DNA of 60,000 nt, taken from Botryllus schlosseri (Eukaryota). The translations under genes and the position numbers were made by a program. This document shows positions 40,953-52,700 of the stretch, piece by piece; position 1 is the stretch's first letter, and every line of letters begins with the position of its first letter. The notes under the pieces were generated by a model that was not told the DNA's origin, did not search any database, and saw only the letters and a program-made list of their open reading frames with translations. The stretch covers positions 33,730,001 to 33,790,000 of the forward strand of contig CM119372.1 of the NCBI GenBank assembly GCA_051294905.1, written 5' to 3'.

Positions 40953-43900
40953 TACTAGAGCCATTTGAATCGCGAAGCTCGAAAAACATTTTCAAGAATT
41001 AATTAAATTCTCGAAAATACTCTATAACATATGTTGGTTTACGAAATACTTTTGAGTCCCCTTCGAGCACGCTCCCCACTCTATTAAAGAATTTGGGGTG
41101 CGGCAGGTAAAGACCTGGCAATAATGCAAATCGTTGGATGCGATAAATCATCCACTATAAAGTTGGGCAATTGATATATTATGACGTAATAAGCAAATGA
41201 CGCATGATGTATGAAGAAAGTTGATATCTCATTAAGCCTTTTCGTCGCAATCCTTGTATTGTCTTCCCATATATCATTTAAGATTATAGTCCTAAGCAAA
41301 ACAAATGTAATCGTGAGTAATCGTGATTACTTTTTCAATGTAATCGTAATCGTAATCGACTACTGCCTGATTTTGCTGTAATCGTAATCGTAATCGTAAT
41401 CGCGTGATTCCGAAGTAATCGTAATCGCAATCGATTACATTCATAAAGTAATCACCCCATGTCTGATTCTTACGGGGTCTGTGGCGACTCGCCATGTGTT
41501 CTTATGGGTGCGGTCGCATGCGGCTATTGCGTCTTATGGCGGGGGGTGGTGAGCGGCTATTGATGCTAACACGAAACCCGGGGTGGCGAGCGGCACTTAT
41601 TTCTTATGGCGGCGGGTCTTATTTCTTATGGGTGCGGTCGTGATTCGTACTTTCGGTATAGACTGCGGGCGGCATGTCGTACTTTCAGCAAAAAAAGGTG
41701 TGAAATAGTTTGCCAAGTCTAGGAATCACTTGCAAGGTAATATTTTGGTATTTAGTTTACCACAGAGCCGGCGTAGACGGCGATTCGAATATCAACAATA
41801 ACAACGCTCACGAATTAACACTTCAAATAGCTGTGAAATAGTTTGCAAAACCCCGCGATCGCTGACAAGATAATGTCTCGGTCATAACCATCTTTCACGA
41901 CTTGGTGTCCTAACCATACCGATCGCTCACGCGGTGAAATTTTAGTAATCAGTTTGTCACAGTACTTGATATCGCTGGTAAGATTTAACAAGTAACGAAT
42001 AACAGACCGCGGTAACTTGAATAGCGACAAATTGTCACTTATTTCCGCTCTAACTCTAATCCTTTGTGAAGTGAACGCTTATTCAAAAGGGTGTGATATA
42101 ATTTTAAAATCCAACGACCACTCACCGGATAATACTTCAGACATAGCAATTCCGCATACCCGCCTACAAGGTAATATTTCGGTAATTAGTTTGTCACAGA
42201 ACCGTCGCAGGCGGTGATTGGAAAACCGACAATTTGTCACTCGCCCGCGATCGCTATATGTTTCACGCCTCCAGAATAGTGGCTGACTTTAGTTGCGTGA
42301 TAAGATCCATGAAAATATTCAATCAATGTGTTAGTTTATCAACTTGAAATGAAACTCACTACACAAATCAAGTCGATTCGTATCTGAATGTTTTAAATCG
42401 GTACAACTCTAATCCTTTGACAAATCCCTTACCGCGTTTTTGTTGAATCGAACGTAACCCGAATATTACTGACGCCGACTTTCAGCCGCATCGAATTATT
42501 CGCACATTCCGCGCCACTGTTTTCACACTTATAGAATCAATACCAACTATAACTCTACAAGAATCAAGAATCACAAGTATGTGCATTACACAGTTATTGT
42601 CTTTATTAACTTGAAATCAAACACTTAACAAAAACACACAACTAATCATTTGGCAACTCTAGCATTACCAAAAAATTCCAGTATTGTTGATTGAAAATCC
42701 TTGAGTCATTATTATCAAAAATGTTATAGTACCGCATCGGAATCCATTTCGCGGGATGTACTAAAGGTAAATCCAGATAATCCAAAATGAAATATTTGGA
42801 CTTTGACATAGTCTGAATTGAAATATATTGACAAACATGACTACCAACTTTGATCCAGTCACATTTCAAGATCATACTTTGAAACAATCCTTGAAACTTA
42901 CAACTTTATTCACGACTAAGTTTTCCGTTTATCAAATAGAGTTTCAGTAAATACTATCGCGATATTTTAATGTGTTACTACACACAATAGAATCAATCAA
43001 TGTTGTTGTAAATATTTCTAACTTGACAACCACTTGTGCATACCGCGATCGACTTGCGACGCGATGAGTTAAATCGGAATATTTCAATCTATTTGTCGAA
43101 ACCTTGAACAAACTATCAGGTTATTTTTTGTTGTAATCGAGTGAACGGAAATAGTATTACGTCTCAACATTTTAGCATCTTCCCATAAACAAAGAGTAAA
43201 ATACAAAAAACCTTGTCAAGTCAATCCGTTTGTAACTTACCCAACCAAAGCAAAAACTATCCTTATGAAAAGTAGACAAGACTACGCCAGTAATTACTAC
43301 AATCCAAAATCCATAACAAGCTCGGTTGTATTCATATCCCTACGACGCGTCTTTTGTTTTTCAACTGTAAAAGTCGTTACTATTTTGCAAGACAAAGTAA
43401 TTACTACTTGATATATTTTATAAACCAAAGTAAATACTACTCGGTGTGTGGTTTGAGATTAACATATTACATTTGAGTATACCGGATTTGAATGCCTGAC
43501 CAACGTAGTTGAGAATTCATTTCTTACAATCAAACGCCGGTTTTACATTGAAAGGTATCATACTGTAAACATAAGGATTGACACATTGATTTGATATATG
43601 AGATTTTGTAATGCTCGACCACGACTTGATTATTAAATTATTCACGATAATTAGACCCGATGTTGTGGTAAAGGTTATTAGAAAATATCACTTTTGGCAT
43701 CGAGTACCAGTCGAAGTGGGTGAACAATAACACCGAAAATGATAAATGCGTTTCGTGCTACTATTGATACAAGTTCATTTCTATCAGGTGAAATAAACGC
43801 CATCACAAAACTCAGAGCATGCAAAGGTCTTGATTGATATGAATTTCGATTTGTGTCTTATGATTTTAGAAATATTATGATTCGTTAAACCAAAGTCGTA

Positions 43901-45639
43901 TGTCCGATTATTAATTGATTGGAAACTTGATCACGTACCTCGATCATTACAGAAGATTATAACCCCATTGTCCGACAATCTTTTACAAAAGGATCGAAAC
44001 CAAGTAACCCAAAGTCGTTGCCGTCGCATAAACAATTTGTACGACGTTTGATAATTGTACCCTATACGTTGGTGTACTAGAGATATTTGTAAAACACACT
44101 CTGGTAAAGAAATCGAAAAGATATCCTACACCTAAATCTGATAAAACCATTTTGCACTTTTTGTTCGTCAGTAGTATCCATTTTAATTTTCCCATTTCCT
44201 CTCGTCAAAGTAGATGTAATCATAGTCACTAAAGAACTTACTTGGATGTGTTTGAATTCTAGACATAGTTATGATTTACTCAACGCAAGACCCAAGAACA
44301 ACCGTAGTTAACAACCGTGCACACATATCCAAAATATCGCACACTCCGCTATTCCTAAAGTACAAACACCCGATACAAAATATCACTTGTTGCGGCATCA
44401 TCTTCACAATATCACCATTCTGTTTGTGTCAATTAGTTACTTTGTATGTTATCCCACAACTCTTACAAAAGTACGAAGGATATTAACATCGCACTAAGTA
44501 ATTACCTTTACTCGATATTCTCACATTACGAAACTAAAGAATGGTTGGTTAGACTCTACAAACTGTTTCGATATCACAAGACCTTTATTGTCTGAATGGG
44601 TGTTCATGTATCTTAATAATCAAATAGTTCAACACAGAACTAGTACTAACAGAAACATCAGAGTTGTTTACACAAAAGTTTGTATGTGTACAGTATGCGA
44701 ATACCATGTGTAAGTCCAGCGCAATTGCAGTATCCATTCGAGTTCAGTCAACACAAATTTATTACAACGGAGCCACGTAAACTTTCGTGAAAGAAAAGCA
44801 TACTCACTTCCAGAGGGTTATGTCAACACCATAGCAGTTCCCCAACAACAAAGTACATATGTTTCTAGCCACGGTCCTTACATCTTTCACATAGATCAAT
44901 CTACTTTGCTAACGAAAAGTGCTGAGTCATCACATGATCGCTCTCACAACAAAACAGCTAGTAGATATTATCATTCAAAATATTCCTAACCCTTTACACA
45001 CCAGTGACAAATCATACAACGAATATGCTTTGCGGGTCGAATTGTTGTTCAGTGTCAAGTCTACCTGTTGAAACGTACATTAAACAGCGCAATCCAATTA
45101 AAACCACGAATCTATTTTCATTTCGTCACATACAGAAAAATAAATTTTCTTTCTCCAACACATACTTGTAACCAATCGCTTTCATTAAACACACAACACC
45201 ATAAAAGTATTTACTTTCTACAACATAGACATTCCGATGTAGTCAAGAAATATTTTTATTAATCAAAATCATCGATTTCTGTTCACGGCGTTAGTGTGTG
45301 CATGTCATACCTGTGGGCCTCGTATTAAAATGGACACGACACGACTGAATGTAAGGGGGCAGAAGTCTATCACATCGATTTACATGTAGTCTTCGCCACG
45401 GTTTCAAAAAACGAATCATCTCTTTTGCATTGATCTAGACCGAGCAAGTTAGTTAATGGCCATGATTGTGTTTGTCATATGCGAATGATAGGGTTACTGT
45501 CAAATCTACATACAACAATCTTCTGACGATCATAATAGCAATTTCATTTTCCACCCCTTCATAATTGTACAACTCGGTAACTACGTTTAACAAGACCAAT
45601 CACACTACCGGCGTTGAACACAAGATACCTACCCAAGTA

Positions 45640-46480
45640 AAAATATCATTCTGGTTTGGACAACTGACGTTTACCTGTGTAAAATTATCATTTTCACTTG
45701 GAGGTCCACCGTTACCTAACTAAAATACCATTGTCCTTTGGAGATTTATCGTTTACCCAGTGTAACAATCCCCTTTTCACTTGGAAATCTATTTTTGGCC
45801 TGAATAACAAACCCCTTTTCACTTGGAAATCTATTTTTGCCCTGGATAACAAACCTTTTTCATTTGGAAATATATTTTTTCTCTTGGTAACAAACCTTTT
45901 TCACTTGGAAATATATTTTTTCTCTTGGTAATAAACCTTTTTCACTTGGAAATATATTTTTTCTCTGAGTAACAAACCTTTTTCACTTGGAAATATATTT
46001 TTTCTCTTGGTAATAAACCTTTTTCACTTGGAAATATATTTTTTCTCTGAGTAACAAACCTTTTTCACTTGGGAATATATTTTTTCTCTGGTTAACAAAC
46101 CTTTTTCACTTGGAAATCTATTTTTTCTCTGGGTAACAAACCTTTTTCACTTGGAAATATATTTTTTCTCTGGTTAACAAACCTTTTTCGCTTGGAAATA
46201 TATTTTTTCCTTGAGCAACAGACCATTTTTACTTGGAAATATATTTTTTCCTTGAGCAACAGACCATTTTCACTTGGAAATATATTTTTTCCCTGAGCAA
46301 CAAACCATTTCACTCGGCGGGTCGTCGTTTACCTGAGTAAAATATCATTTTTCTTTGGAGATCTGGCGTTTACCCATTGTAACAATACATTTTCACTTGG
46401 AAATCTGTCGTTTACCTGAGTACCAATACCGTTTTCACTTGGAAATCTGTCTTTTCCCTGGGTAACAATACCCTTTTCGT
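45640..46480 (+). repeat. 41-bp minisatellite in the left arm
   Basis: TCACTTGGAAATATATTTTTTCTCTTGGTAATAAACCTTTT units at 45901, 45942, 45983 and onward; degenerate toward the edges. Confidence 0.92.
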
Positions 46481-47855
46481 TTTGAAAACTGACAACCACA
46501 CCGGTCAATTTGATATTTTTTGTATATTGTTACAACAGACAGCGACAAAATATACACCAACAACGACTCCGATACATTTGTCTAATCAAATATTCACTTG
46601 CTCTGATGCATCCCATCAAAATCATTGGTTACTCACATACAATAACAATGTGCTGTTGTACATCGACATGTATGTTTTCGGAATTGGTGAATAAAGGCGT
46701 TTCCGATATGTCCGGGTTTGTGCTTTGGATTTTCCAGAGTCAAAATGTCTGAATAAAACACCTCCTCGACTTTGGTAACTGGTTGATACACGGATAATGG
46801 TGTTCGGAAAACGGATGAATTTATGTTCCCCATCGCGCTGACAACATCGGGTTACTTGTGAGTTTCCTCGGGTCTGTTTACTATATTGTGTCTTTACTGG
46901 TCAATACATGTCGCTCCAGTCAGCTGAAACCGGATCACCAATATGAGAAAGTGTGGGGGGCCGGATCCGGATATTCACTCATGACCCAACGACCGATATT
47001 CAAGTAAACATGTTACAGACCGTGTTTTGTCTCCATGAAAAATACCAATGCATACACCATCACATCAAGTACGTCACGATTGTTCACAAGTATTCGCGTA
47101 AACCAGGTGTACATACAATGTGTCGGTGTACAAACATCACGGAAAACAAATTCATGTTGTCAAGTCTCATCATGCGACGACTCTGTACATTCAATGTGGG
47201 CATAGATGACTTGGGGACAGGCAAGCAACCATATTTGGACGTAACATGGTCTTAGTATGAACCAACCTCCACCCAACTTGTGAAAAATCAATCTCACACG
47301 AGTACAACCCTTTCACGGGTTCACACCTTGATTTTGCAAGATTGTTCGGATTCTCAGGTAGACTTGCATCGTGATCAAGACCTCAATATAATCGTGTTGC
47401 GTAACTCACTCAATCCCTGCGCATTGTTGGTCATAACCTGCTAACTTTTTCGCCGAGACCGCAGTGTTTCACCCGACATAATGTATTTGGCGATCACCAT
47501 CGTTATCAATCTTTCACGCGATGAATATGTCAGATGTCGCTACTCCCACATAACGACTACAGATAAACATCGTGAGCAGTGACTCCGCATTGAAATCGTA
47601 AACATGGACTCTGTGTGTGTGTGTGTGAATCTCGAGTTCGATTACGATTTGATAATGTAATCCAAGGTGAATCTCTGCGAGTCGAAGACTGATTTCGTGG
47701 TAATCACGCCACAAGAGGGCGCTGTCTCGTAATTCTACAGGTCAACATAAACCGCGGTTGGAAACTTTTGGTCTAGTTGATCCAGCTACGTATTGAAACG
47801 GTGTACCCACACAGACCACTGAGAAAACGTTGTCGTTACCTGACTATATCCACGA

Positions 47856-48137
47856 GTGAATATGGGACTACGCGTAACGTTCCATAGATTCCTCTGGCCC
47901 CACACCGTGGTTTTACGACACAGACAAGATGCAGCGGTGGAAATATTGAAAATGAAAAACGATACCTTGGTGACATTTGATTTGGATTTTACACCTGATG
48001 AACCATACACTCGATTGGTACATTGGGATGACAACTCTATCATCGAGGTCAAGGGAAAAGAAATGTACAGATTTGTTGGTGTTGTGGATATTCAGCGAAA
48101 ATCAGGGTATATGGTTGTGTATGGTTCGCATATTTGA
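47856..48137 (+). CDS. Hypothetical ~91-93 aa ORF in the unique central spacer
   Basis: Uninterrupted ORF with globular-looking composition; no recognisable family. Confidence 0.3.
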   Translation: MNMGLRVTFHRFLWPHTVVLRHRQDAAVEILKMKNDTLVTFDLDFTPDEPYTRLVHWDDNSIIEVKGKEMYRFVGVVDIQRKSGYMVVYGSHI

Positions 48138-48918
48138 CTGAGAATATATCGGTATGCATAATGCACTATCCATTGTATCATATCGTGTGTCATCTATGCC
48201 CACATTGAATGTACAGAGTCGTCGCATGATGAGACTTGAGAACATGAATTTGTTTTCCGTGATGTTTGTACACCGACACATTGTATGTACACCTGGTTTA
48301 CGCGAATACTTGTGAACAATCGTGACGTACTTGATGTGATGGTGTATGCATTGGTATTTTTCATGGAGACAAAACACGGTCTGTAACATGTTTACTTGAA
48401 TATCGGTCGTTGGGTCATGAGTGAATATCCGGATCCGGCCCCCCACACTTTCTCATATTGGTGATCCGGTTTCAGCTGACTGGAGCGACATGTATTGACC
48501 AGTAAAGACACAATATAGTAAACAGACCCGAGGAAACTCACAAGTAACCCGATGTTGTCAGCGCGATGGGGAACATAAATTCATCCGTTTTCCGAACACC
48601 ATTATCCGTGTATCAACCAGTTACCAAAGTCGAGGAGGTGTTTTATTCAGACATTTTGACTCTGGAAAATCCAAAGCACAAACCCGGACATATCGGAAAC
48701 GCCTTTATTCACCAATTCCGAAAACATACATGTCGATGTACAACAGCACATTGTTATTGTATGTGAGTAACCAATGATTTTGATGGGATGCATCAGAGCA
48801 AGTGAATATTTGATTAGACAAATGTATCGGAGTCGTTGTTGGTGTATATTTTGTCGCTGTCTGTTGTAACAATATACAAAAAATATCAAATTGACCGGTG
48901 TGGTTGTCAGTTTTCAAA

Positions 48919-49759
48919 ACGAAAAGGGTATTGTTACCCAGGGAAAAGACAGATTTCCAAGTGAAAACGGTATTGGTACTCAGGTAAACGACAGATTTCC
49001 AAGTGAAAATGTATTGTTACAATGGGTAAACGCCAGATCTCCAAAGAAAAATGATATTTTACTCAGGTAAACGACGACCCGCCGAGTGAAATGGTTTGTT
49101 GCTCAGGGAAAAAATATATTTCCAAGTGAAAATGGTCTGTTGCTCAAGGAAAAAATATATTTCCAAGTAAAAATGGTCTGTTGCTCAAGGAAAAAATATA
49201 TTTCCAAGCGAAAAAGGTTTGTTAACCAGAGAAAAAATATATTTCCAAGTGAAAAAGGTTTGTTACCCAGAGAAAAAATAGATTTCCAAGTGAAAAAGGT
49301 TTGTTAACCAGAGAAAAAATATATTCCCAAGTGAAAAAGGTTTGTTACTCAGAGAAAAAATATATTTCCAAGTGAAAAAGGTTTATTACCAAGAGAAAAA
49401 ATATATTTCCAAGTGAAAAAGGTTTGTTACTCAGAGAAAAAATATATTTCCAAGTGAAAAAGGTTTATTACCAAGAGAAAAAATATATTTCCAAGTGAAA
49501 AAGGTTTGTTACCAAGAGAAAAAATATATTTCCAAATGAAAAAGGTTTGTTATCCAGGGCAAAAATAGATTTCCAAGTGAAAAGGGGTTTGTTATTCAGG
49601 CCAAAAATAGATTTCCAAGTGAAAAGGGGATTGTTACACTGGGTAAACGATAAATCTCCAAAGGACAATGGTATTTTAGTTAGGTAACGGTGGACCTCCA
49701 AGTGAAAATGATAATTTTACACAGGTAAACGTCAGTTGTCCAAACCAGAATGATATTTT
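48919..49759 (-). repeat. 41-bp minisatellite, mirror copy in the right arm
   Basis: Reverse complement of 45640-46480. Confidence 0.92.
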
Positions 49760-52700
49760 TACTTGGGTAGGTATCTTGTGTTCAACGCCGGTAGTGTGAT
49801 TGGTCTTGTTAAACGTAGTTACCGAGTTGTACAATTATGAAGGGGTGGAAAATGAAATTGCTATTATGATCGTCAGAAGATTGTTGTATGTAGATTTGAC
49901 AGTAACCCTATCATTCGCATATGACAAACACAATCATGGCCATTAACTAACTTGCTCGGTCTAGATCAATGCAAAAGAGATGATTCGTTTTTTGAAACCG
50001 TGGCGAAGACTACATGTAAATCGATGTGATAGACTTCTGCCCCCTTACATTCAGTCGTGTCGTGTCCATTTTAATACGAGGCCCACAGGTATGACATGCA
50101 CACACTAACGCCGTGAACAGAAATCGATGATTTTGATTAATAAAAATATTTCTTGACTACATCGGAATGTCTATGTTGTAGAAAGTAAATACTTTTATGG
50201 TGTTGTGTGTTTAATGAAAGCGATTGGTTACAAGTATGTGTTGGAGAAAGAAAATTTATTTTTCTGTATGTGACGAAATGAAAATAGATTCGTGGTTTTA
50301 ATTGGATTGCGCTGTTTAATGTACGTTTCAACAGGTAGACTTGACACTGAACAACAATTCGACCCGCAAAGCATATTCGTTGTATGATTTGTCACTGGTG
50401 TGTAAAGGGTTAGGAATATTTTGAATGATAATATCTACTAGCTGTTTTGTTGTGAGAGCGATCATGTGATGACTCAGCACTTTTCGTTAGCAAAGTAGAT
50501 TGATCTATGTGAAAGATGTAAGGACCGTGGCTAGAAACATATGTACTTTGTTGTTGGGGAACTGCTATGGTGTTGACATAACCCTCTGGAAGTGAGTATG
50601 CTTTTCTTTCACGAAAGTTTACGTGGCTCCGTTGTAATAAATTTGTGTTGACTGAACTCGAATGGATACTGCAATTGCGCTGGACTTACACATGGTGTTC
50701 GCATACTGTACACATACAAACTTTTGTGTAAACAACTCTGATGTTTCTGTTAGTACTAGTTCTGTGTTGAACTATTTGATTATTAAGATACATGAACACC
50801 CATTCAGACAATAAAGGTCTTGTGATATCGAAACAGTTTGTAGAGTCTAACCAACCATTCTTTAGTTTCGTAATGTGAGAATATCGAGTAAAGGTAATTA
50901 CTTAGTGCGATGTTAATATCCTTCGTACTTTTGTAAGAGTTGTGGGATAACATACAAAGTAACTAATTGACACAAACAGAATGGTGATATTGTGAAGATG
51001 ATGCCGCAACAAGTGATATTTTGTATCGGGTGTTTGTACTTTAGGAATAGCGGAGTGTGCGATATTTTGGATATGTGTGCACGGTTGTTAACTACGGTTG
51101 TTCTTGGGTCTTGCGTTGAGTAAATCATAACTATGTCTAGAATTCAAACACATCCAAGTAAGTTCTTTAGTGACTATGATTACATCTACTTTGACGAGAG
51201 GAAATGGGAAAATTAAAATGGATACTACTGACGAACAAAAAGTGCAAAATGGTTTTATCAGATTTAGGTGTAGGATATCTTTTCGATTTCTTTACCAGAG
51301 TGTGTTTTACAAATATCTCTAGTACACCAACGTATAGGGTACAATTATCAAACGTCGTACAAATTGTTTATGCGACGGCAACGACTTTGGGTTACTTGGT
51401 TTCGATCCTTTTGTAAAAGATTGTCGGACAATGGGGTTATAATCTTCTGTAATGATCGAGGTACGTGATCAAGTTTCCAATCAATTAATAATCGGACATA
51501 CGACTTTGGTTTAACGAATCATAATATTTCTAAAATCATAAGACACAAATCGAAATTCATATCAATCAAGACCTTTGCATGCTCTGAGTTTTGTGATGGC
51601 GTTTATTTCACCTGATAGAAATGAACTTGTATCAATAGTAGCACGAAACGCATTTATCATTTTCGGTGTTATTGTTCACCCACTTCGACTGGTACTCGAT
51701 GCCAAAAGTGATATTTTCTAATAACCTTTACCACAACATCGGGTCTAATTATCGTGAATAATTTAATAATCAAGTCGTGGTCGAGCATTACAAAATCTCA
51801 TATATCAAATCAATGTGTCAATCCTTATGTTTACAGTATGATACCTTTCAATGTAAAACCGGCGTTTGATTGTAAGAAATGAATTCTCAACTACGTTGGT
51901 CAGGCATTCAAATCCGGTATACTCAAATGTAATATGTTAATCTCAAACCACACACCGAGTAGTATTTACTTTGGTTTATAAAATATATCAAGTAGTAATT
52001 ACTTTGTCTTGCAAAATAGTAACGACTTTTACAGTTGAAAAACAAAAGACGCGTCGTAGGGATATGAATACAACCGAGCTTGTTATGGATTTTGGATTGT
52101 AGTAATTACTGGCGTAGTCTTGTCTACTTTTCATAAGGATAGTTTTTGCTTTGGTTGGGTAAGTTACAAACGGATTGACTTGACAAGGTTTTTTGTATTT
52201 TACTCTTTGTTTATGGGAAGATGCTAAAATGTTGAGACGTAATACTATTTCCGTTCACTCGATTACAACAAAAAATAACCTGATAGTTTGTTCAAGGTTT
52301 CGACAAATAGATTGAAATATTCCGATTTAACTCATCGCGTCGCAAGTCGATCGCGGTATGCACAAGTGGTTGTCAAGTTAGAAATATTTACAACAACATT
52401 GATTGATTCTATTGTGTGTAGTAACACATTAAAATATCGCGATAGTATTTACTGAAACTCTATTTGATAAACGGAAAACTTAGTCGTGAATAAAGTTGTA
52501 AGTTTCAAGGATTGTTTCAAAGTATGATCTTGAAATGTGACTGGATCAAAGTTGGTAGTCATGTTTGTCAATATATTTCAATTCAGACTATGTCAAAGTC
52601 CAAATATTTCATTTTGGATTATCTGGATTTACCTTTAGTACATCCCGCGAAATGGATTCCGATGCGGTACTATAACATTTTTGATAATAATGACTCAAGG

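Larger units (their letters stand above)
38558..41465. mobile_element. hAT-type composite element inserted in the left arm only
   Basis: TIRs CAGACATGGGGT...ACCCCATGTCTG, (GTAATC)n subterminal repeats, perfect TSD ATTCTTAC; the right arm shows the empty site at ~53920-53945. Confidence 0.92.

Noticed and set aside
45640..46480. CRISPR-like array or repeat-protein ORFs (45698-45931, 46092-46313)
   Set aside because: Plain 41-bp minisatellite without spacers; the period is not a multiple of 3, so the ORFs are by-products.
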